From positions 1-32,645 of IMG/VR virus record IMGVR_UViG_3300017777_003146: a DNA stretch of 32,645 nucleotides. The stretch is one strand, 5' to 3'. A program made the translations under genes and the position numbers. The notes under the pieces were generated by a model that saw nothing but the letters and a program-made list of their open reading frames with translations, was not told the origin of the DNA and ran no database searches. This document shows, one piece after another, positions 27,243 to 32,645 of the stretch (the stretch's first letter is position 1; each line of letters starts with the position of its first letter). The stretch is from a virus. Its lineage: Duplodnaviria; Caudoviricetes.

Positions 27243-27725
27243 ATGGCAAAAAATCATTGGCACTCTGCGGGTAGTAAAACTCGCAGCGAGGCTTATAAAT
27301 ACGGTTATAAATCTGGATTGGAATTATCTGTCTCAAAACAAATAGAAAATACAGAATATGATTTGAAATATGAGACAGAAATCATACATTATATAGTACC
27401 AGAGCGCAAAGCAAAGTATACCCCAGACTTTGTTTTTACTAAAAAGAATGGCGAATTAATGTTTGTAGAAACTAAAGGACGATGGACTGCAACTGATCGT
27501 CTTAAAATGAAACACGTTTTAACTTCGAATCCAGGAGCAGATATTCGAATGGTTTTTCAAAATCCAAATCAAAAAATATCAAAAGCATCTGCAACTACGT
27601 ATGAAATTTACGCAAATAAACTGGGTATAAAACATGTTGCAAAAAAAGATATTCCGACGGAATGGATGGCAGAATGTTTGAAAAGTGGTGAAGAACCGAA
27701 GGTAACATGTAACTTTTTTAATTAA
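27243..27725 (+). CDS. T7 endonuclease I-like Holliday junction resolvase
   Basis: GYKSGLE, YE...I.Y.VP....YTPDF, VETKGRW...DR.K, DIRMVFQ. Confidence 0.9.
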   Translation: MAKNHWHSAGSKTRSEAYKYGYKSGLELSVSKQIENTEYDLKYETEIIHYIVPERKAKYTPDFVFTKKNGELMFVETKGRWTATDRLKMKHVLTSNPGADIRMVFQNPNQKISKASATTYEIYANKLGIKHVAKKDIPTEWMAECLKSGEEPKVTCNFFN

Positions 27726-27728
27726 AGG

Positions 27729-27843
27729 TTGGATTTGTGAAAAATATTTAATATATCATTCAGTAATTGAATAGGTTATTTAATTAATAGATTGATTCAT
27801 TTATTGAATCGATCGTTAGACCGAATGTCAATTTGTGTCTGAC
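27729..27843 (+). other. Structured intergenic element (three inverted repeats) behind a promoter-like motif; candidate ncRNA, operator array or origin
   Basis: Stems at 27758-27772, 27791-27813 and 27815-27843; TTGGATT at 27729. Confidence 0.4.
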
Positions 27844-27869
27844 TAATAATATAATTAATTAATATTATT

Positions 27870-27897
27870 TTGAATTAGTTAATTAATTTCATATAAT
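27870..27897 (+). promoter_or_regulatory. Sigma70-like promoter TTGAAT-N16-TATAAT for the primase (would give a nearly leaderless mRNA)
   Basis: TTGAATT-N10-TTTCATATAAT ends 6 nt before ATG 27904. Confidence 0.65.
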
Positions 27898-27903
27898 ATT
27901 ATT

Positions 27904-28848
27904 ATGTCAAATATGCAATTATTACAGTTAATCGAATCAGTCTTAGGTAAAGGAAAGTCGACATCTGGAAATAACATTGCATTCTTTTCTCCATTCGTTT
28001 CTCATTATAAACCTAAATTAGAAATTGATATCAATACTAATCATAATGGAGAAAATCCATGGCATTGTTGGATATCTGATAAAAAAGGACGTAGTATTTC
28101 GTCTTTATTTAAACAATTAAATTTAGGTAAAGATAAATTTGAACAATTAAATCGAATATTAGAATCTAGCAAGTATCGTGTTAATATTAAACAAGATGTT
28201 AAACATGTTACGTTAACATTGCCTGAAGAATATCGTCCATTATGGATATCTAAAAAAACTCCTGATTATAAAAATGCAATGCATTATTTATCTGGTCGTG
28301 GAATTACTATATTTGATATTCTTAAATATCGAATTGGATATTGCGAAGCCGGTAGATACTCCGGCAAAATAATTATACCTAGTTATGATGTAAATGGTCA
28401 ATTAAACTATTTTGTGTCTAGAGCATTTTATAAGTCAGATTCACAAAAACATAAAAATCCAGATGTTTCAAAAGATATAATTGGTTTTGACATGACAATT
28501 AATTGGTCTCAGCCAATTGTTTTATGTGAAGGCGCATTCGATGCAATTGCCGTTAAACGTAACGCAATTCCACTTTTTGGTAAAATTATTCAACCTGCAC
28601 TACAAAAGAAAATAATAGAAAAACGAGTAAAAGACATTTATATATGTTTAGATGCTGATGCAATTAAAAAAGCATTAGATATTGCAGAAAAATTTATGGG
28701 AGAAGGTTTAAATGTATATTTAATTGAATTACAAAATCAAGATGCCTCAGAAGTGGGCTTTAAAAAAATAAATGAAATTATTAATAATACTAATGTATTA
28801 ACATTTGAACGTTTAATGCAAATAAAATTAGGTATGTTATGGATATAA
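27904..28848 (+). CDS. dnaG: DnaG-type DNA primase (TOPRIM) with a degenerate Zn-binding domain
   Basis: YLSGRGI, IGYC..G.YSGKIIIP, LNYFVSR, KNP, VLCEGAFDAI, ICLDADA. Confidence 0.9.
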   Translation: MSNMQLLQLIESVLGKGKSTSGNNIAFFSPFVSHYKPKLEIDINTNHNGENPWHCWISDKKGRSISSLFKQLNLGKDKFEQLNRILESSKYRVNIKQDVKHVTLTLPEEYRPLWISKKTPDYKNAMHYLSGRGITIFDILKYRIGYCEAGRYSGKIIIPSYDVNGQLNYFVSRAFYKSDSQKHKNPDVSKDIIGFDMTINWSQPIVLCEGAFDAIAVKRNAIPLFGKIIQPALQKKIIEKRVKDIYICLDADAIKKALDIAEKFMGEGLNVYLIELQNQDASEVGFKKINEIINNTNVLTFERLMQIKLGMLWI

Positions 28849-31800
28849 AACATATAGACACTTATCATGATAAGTTAGAAAAAATTATTCACGTTAGCGA
28901 TATACATATTCGTACATTGAAACGCCATCGTGAATATCGAGAAGTATTTAAAAATATGCACGATAAAATTGAGCAATTATCAACACCTGGAACTATTGCG
29001 GTAGTAACTGGCGATATTGTGCATAGCAAATTAGATATGTCTCCGGAGTTAGTTCAAATGCTTGTAGAATTCTTTAATGGATTTACTATACCTACTGTAG
29101 TTATATTAGGTAACCATGATATGAATTTAAATAATATGCACCGAGTAGATGCAATTAGTCCAATATTAGATGTAATACAAAATCCTAATATTATTTTTAT
29201 AAAAGAAAATGGATTATTTGAAATTGGTGGAGTTGTATTTAATCATATGGCAGTTGATGTAGCCCCGGTAGACTATATTCGAGCAAACCAATTTGATGCA
29301 CCATATAAAATTGCACTACACCACGGAGCTGTGAATACTGCCAAAACAGATATCGGATATCAAATTACAAATGAAAATGTAACTACAGAATTATTTGACG
29401 GACATAATATTACGTTATTAGGAGATATTCATAAACCAGCTCAATTTTTAAATGATGAAAAAACTATTGCTTATCCTGGTTCTTTAATACAACAAAATCA
29501 TGGTGAAGCATTAGACCATGGATTATTAGTATGGGACTTAAAAACAAGTAGTGCTGAGTTTGTACAAATTCACAATGATTATGGATATGTAACATTAGAA
29601 GTAGAAGATACCAATATTGTTAATGCACCGATTAGAATGCCGAATAAACCTCGAATTCGAATTAAATTTAAAGATACGTCAGCAGCTGATATGAAAAAGT
29701 TGATTGCAAATTTACGCAATCGTTATGATGTACAAGATATTACAATTCAAAGAAGTTCAACCGGATTAACTACTAATTCTAATACATCAATTAGTATTGG
29801 AAATGTACGAGACGTTGAATATCAAAACACATTGTTATCAGATTATATTGCAACTACGTTTCCACAAGCAACTGCAGAAGAAATGGATGCAATTAGACAT
29901 ATTAACCGAACAGTTAATTCAAAATTACCTGCTGTAGAATCTGTTAGACATATGACATGGCACCCAGTATCATTTGAATTTGATAACATGTTTTCATATG
30001 GCGAATTAAATACAATTGACTTTACAAATCTTAAAGATGTATGTGGTTTATTTGCTGCAAATACAAGTGGTAAATCTTCATTGCTAGATGCAATAACATA
30101 TACTATTTTTGATAAATGTAGTAAAACAGGTAAAGCACACGAAGTATTAAATAATAAAAAATCATCATTTAGAGGTAAATTTACTTTTGAATTAAATGGA
30201 ACTATATACACTATTATTCGTGAAGGTATAAAAAATAAAAACGGACATGTTAAAGTTAATGTTGATTTTTATACAGAAACAGAAAATTTAAATGGTGAAG
30301 AACGTAGTGAAACAAATAAAAATATTCGTAAATACCTAGGCACATACGATGATTTTATTTTAACTGCATTTTCATTACAAGCAGACAACAATAATTTTAT
30401 TGAAAAGTCACAACGCGAAAGAAAAGATTTATTATCGCAGTTTTTAGACATTACAGTATTTGAACAATTATATCAATTTGCAAATGAAGAAATAAAAGAA
30501 ACTGCTGGTAAATTAAAAGAATATAAGAAAACGGATTTTTCTACAATTATAAATGATGCACATAATATTATAACAGAATATCAACAAGATATAATTGATT
30601 TAGAAACTGAAGAAACTGATTCACAAGAATCTAGAAATACAAAACAACAAGAAATTCTTCAATTGATTGAATCTAAATTACCGACTACATATGATGGTCC
30701 AAATATAGATTTATTAAAAAAACAAGAAAAAACATTAACTGCAAAAATTGAAACGTTACAAACTGATATTGAATCATTGGAAACAACTATAGATGATTTA
30801 GTTCAAAATATCGATGATAAAAAAACATCAATATCAACATATGATGTAAATTTAATAAATAAATCAGTTAAGGAATATAGTAAAATTCAAAACGAAATTA
30901 ATGATGTTACACAATCATTAAAAAAACAACGAGGAGTTGTAAATGCAAAACAAGAAAAAATTGATCACCTTTCCGAACATGAATATGATCCAAACTGTCA
31001 ATACTGTACATCTAACGTTTTTGTGCAAAATGCAATTGAAGCCAAGAATACAATTGAAGCAGATAAACAAGTATTAACGGATATTGAAACTAATATTAAT
31101 GTATTAGAACAAAGTTTAAATACTTTGCAAGAATATGTAACTAAACAAGATGAACTAAATAAATTACAACAACAAATAGATACTTATGAAAATTTATTGG
31201 ATCGTAATGAATTGCAATTGCAAATTTTAGAAAATGAATTACAAACTCGGGAGTCGGAATTAGAAACATGTTTAGAACGCCAAGACTTATTTAAACAAAA
31301 TGAATCAGCTATCAATAAAAATACTAGTGTTGATTCTGAAATTACTGTGTTAAAAAATAATATTGACAATATAACTTCTGAAATAAAAACAGTTACTGAA
31401 TCAATTCGTTCTAAACATGGTAAAATTGAAGTTGCAAAAACTACAAAATCAAATGCATTAGTTCAATTGGATAAATATAAAAAATTAGAAACGGAATATA
31501 AAGCATATGAATACTATTTAGAATCTGTTAAACGAGACGGAATTCCATATGATTTAATTTCTAAGGCTATGCCTAAAATTGAAGCTGAGATTAATAATGT
31601 ATTAAATCAAGTTGTAGATTTTAATATGGTATTACAAAGTGATGGTAAGAATATTAATGGATATATTATTTATGATGAAGATAATTTCTGGCCATTGGAA
31701 TTAACTTCCGGTATGGAAAGATTCTTATCGTCATTAGCAATTAGAATCGCACTTATAAACGTATCAGCATTACCTCGTCCTAACTTTATAGCAATAGATG

Positions 31801-31979
31801 AAGGGTGGGGAAGTTTAGACGCAGAACATATTTCAGCAGTAGTTAATTTATTTGATTATTTCCGAAATAAATTTGATTTTTCTATAATTATATCTCACGT
31901 AGATACAATGCGTGATATGGTTGATAATTTAATTGAAGTAAATAAGATACAAGGATTCAGCCAGATTTGTCATACTTAA
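28839..31979 (+). CDS. Fused SbcD-SbcC (Mre11-Rad50; T4 gp47-gp46-like) recombination nuclease/ATPase
   Basis: Phosphoesterase motifs SDIH, TGD, GNHD, HHG, LGDIH, YPGS; then Walker A AANTSGKSS, coiled coil with Zn-hook CQYC, signature TSGMERF, Walker B IAIDEGWGSLD, ISH; one uninterrupted frame. Confidence 0.93.
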   Translation: MDIKHIDTYHDKLEKIIHVSDIHIRTLKRHREYREVFKNMHDKIEQLSTPGTIAVVTGDIVHSKLDMSPELVQMLVEFFNGFTIPTVVILGNHDMNLNNMHRVDAISPILDVIQNPNIIFIKENGLFEIGGVVFNHMAVDVAPVDYIRANQFDAPYKIALHHGAVNTAKTDIGYQITNENVTTELFDGHNITLLGDIHKPAQFLNDEKTIAYPGSLIQQNHGEALDHGLLVWDLKTSSAEFVQIHNDYGYVTLEVEDTNIVNAPIRMPNKPRIRIKFKDTSAADMKKLIANLRNRYDVQDITIQRSSTGLTTNSNTSISIGNVRDVEYQNTLLSDYIATTFPQATAEEMDAIRHINRTVNSKLPAVESVRHMTWHPVSFEFDNMFSYGELNTIDFTNLKDVCGLFAANTSGKSSLLDAITYTIFDKCSKTGKAHEVLNNKKSSFRGKFTFELNGTIYTIIREGIKNKNGHVKVNVDFYTETENLNGEERSETNKNIRKYLGTYDDFILTAFSLQADNNNFIEKSQRERKDLLSQFLDITVFEQLYQFANEEIKETAGKLKEYKKTDFSTIINDAHNIITEYQQDIIDLETEETDSQESRNTKQQEILQLIESKLPTTYDGPNIDLLKKQEKTLTAKIETLQTDIESLETTIDDLVQNIDDKKTSISTYDVNLINKSVKEYSKIQNEINDVTQSLKKQRGVVNAKQEKIDHLSEHEYDPNCQYCTSNVFVQNAIEAKNTIEADKQVLTDIETNINVLEQSLNTLQEYVTKQDELNKLQQQIDTYENLLDRNELQLQILENELQTRESELETCLERQDLFKQNESAINKNTSVDSEITVLKNNIDNITSEIKTVTESIRSKHGKIEVAKTTKSNALVQLDKYKKLETEYKAYEYYLESVKRDGIPYDLISKAMPKIEAEINNVLNQVVDFNMVLQSDGKNINGYIIYDEDNFWPLELTSGMERFLSSLAIRIALINVSALPRPNFIAIDEGWGSLDAEHISAVVNLFDYFRNKFDFSIIISHVDTMRDMVDNLIEVNKIQGFSQICHT

Positions 31980-31987
31980 TATTTATA
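31979..31987 (+). promoter_or_regulatory. Putative late promoter ATATTTATA
   Basis: Recurrent motif, 23 nt before ATG 32011. Confidence 0.7.
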
Positions 31988-32010
31988 TAAAATGAATATC
32001 AAGTTGACAT

Positions 32011-32645
32011 ATGAAGAAAAAACAACCGGTTTATAAAAGATTAGATACAGTACCTGTATTGTTTACTGATCAATCAGAATATTCGCCACAAATATTTGAC
32101 ATAACAGATTATCCTAGCAGATTAACTGCGGGTAAAAATATCTTAAGATTTAGGGGTAATTCGGCAAATTTAGCGCAGAATGCCCCTTTAGATATTGAGA
32201 TATTAGATTATAATGGCGAACCTATATATCATGAAGTTACAAATTATATTGCAGAAGACAAATCACGAGTTGTTGTAATATATATTTATCCTGATACATC
32301 GCCAGGACCTGCCACATTAACATTATTAACTGAAGTACAATTCGTTAATGGACAACAAGTCCCAACGGAATGGTCTGGTACATTTAATGTACGTTGGACT
32401 AGAACTATTTATGTTAATCCAACATTAATAAATGAATCGGAAATTATTTTTGAGGAATTACCTACAATTGAAATAGAAGAGCAAGTAGGCGTTCAATTAA
32501 ATCGAAATTATTCTATATCGCAATTTCCAACATATAATACCGGTACTGTTAAATATGTATCATTAAATAATACTCCTACGTTAATTATTCAAGGTGGTGC
32601 ATTTAGTGCATCAATGGTCGGTGGAACTGTAACTGTTAATACACC
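32011..32645 (+). CDS. Putative structural protein, 3'-truncated (MKKKQPVYKRLDTVPVLFTDQSEYSPQIFDITDYPSRLTAGKNILRFRGN...), not in the ORF track
   Basis: Open from ATG 32011 to the window end; beta-rich; preceded by the late motif. Confidence 0.8.
   Translation, partial: MKKKQPVYKRLDTVPVLFTDQSEYSPQIFDITDYPSRLTAGKNILRFRGNSANLAQNAPLDIEILDYNGEPIYHEVTNYIAEDKSRVVVIYIYPDTSPGPATLTLLTEVQFVNGQQVPTEWSGTFNVRWTRTIYVNPTLINESEIIFEELPTIEIEEQVGVQLNRNYSISQFPTYNTGTVKYVSLNNTPTLIIQGGAFSASMVGGTVTVNT

Noticed and set aside
655-31369. Minus-strand and nested ORFs in the track (e.g. 655-1074, 6343-6732, 7333-7584, 14155-14742, 22617-22925, 25938-26402, 29843-30211)
   Set aside because: They lie within well-supported genes, show shadow-frame composition, and lack motifs or upstream signals.
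13663-32290. Intragenic ATATTTAT copies (about 13663, 27168, 32282)
   Set aside because: Some chance hits are expected in AT-rich coding DNA; only 27168 (66 nt before the endonuclease start) might be functional, so they were not counted.
1-32645. Stop-codon reassignment as in some large Bacteroidota phages
   Set aside because: Long genes are intact under code 11, and TAG (8234, 16732) and TGA (2292, 4167, 10414) end genes right where the next gene begins.
1-32645. CRISPR array, tRNA, intron/intein, DGR, integrase or transposase
   Set aside because: No regularly spaced repeats, cloverleaf, interrupted conserved genes, reverse transcriptase or recombinase motifs were seen by eye.

Overview
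AT-rich, gene-dense, almost entirely + strand segment of a large lytic tailed phage, probably a contractile-tail jumbo-type myovirus. A Bacteroidota host is inferred from a DUF4494 gene, an Hc1-like histone protein, a Flavobacterium-type GH73 domain, a Q-rule signal peptide and mostly SD-less A-rich starts. Layout: (i) 1-6.7 kb, a trimodular peptidoglycan hydrolase, small accessory genes and a secreted-protein cassette; (ii) 6.8-10 kb, UV-damage endonuclease UvsE, a Zn-ribbon microprotein, an HD hydrolase and a gp55-like late sigma factor; (iii) 10-25.8 kb, a baseplate/tail module (gp5-like, gp25, gp6, gp7/gpI-like, LamG proteins); (iv) 25.8-32 kb, two leader-bearing cell-wall-binding proteins, a T7 endonuclease I-like resolvase, a primase with an eroded Zn finger and a single-chain SbcD-SbcC (Mre11-Rad50) fusion. 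Main highlights: a 10-residue MxxLxxL[LI]xE leader resembling the T4 capsid-targeting sequence on three unrelated peptidoglycan-directed proteins; 12 gene-oriented copies of ATATTTAT (the reverse complement of the T4 late promoter), one embedded inside a terminator hairpin; a second bipartite promoter class; a structured intergenic element before the primase; and strong [ST]GS enrichment limited to a subset of virion proteins. All family calls come from recognising motifs by eye; no database searches were run.
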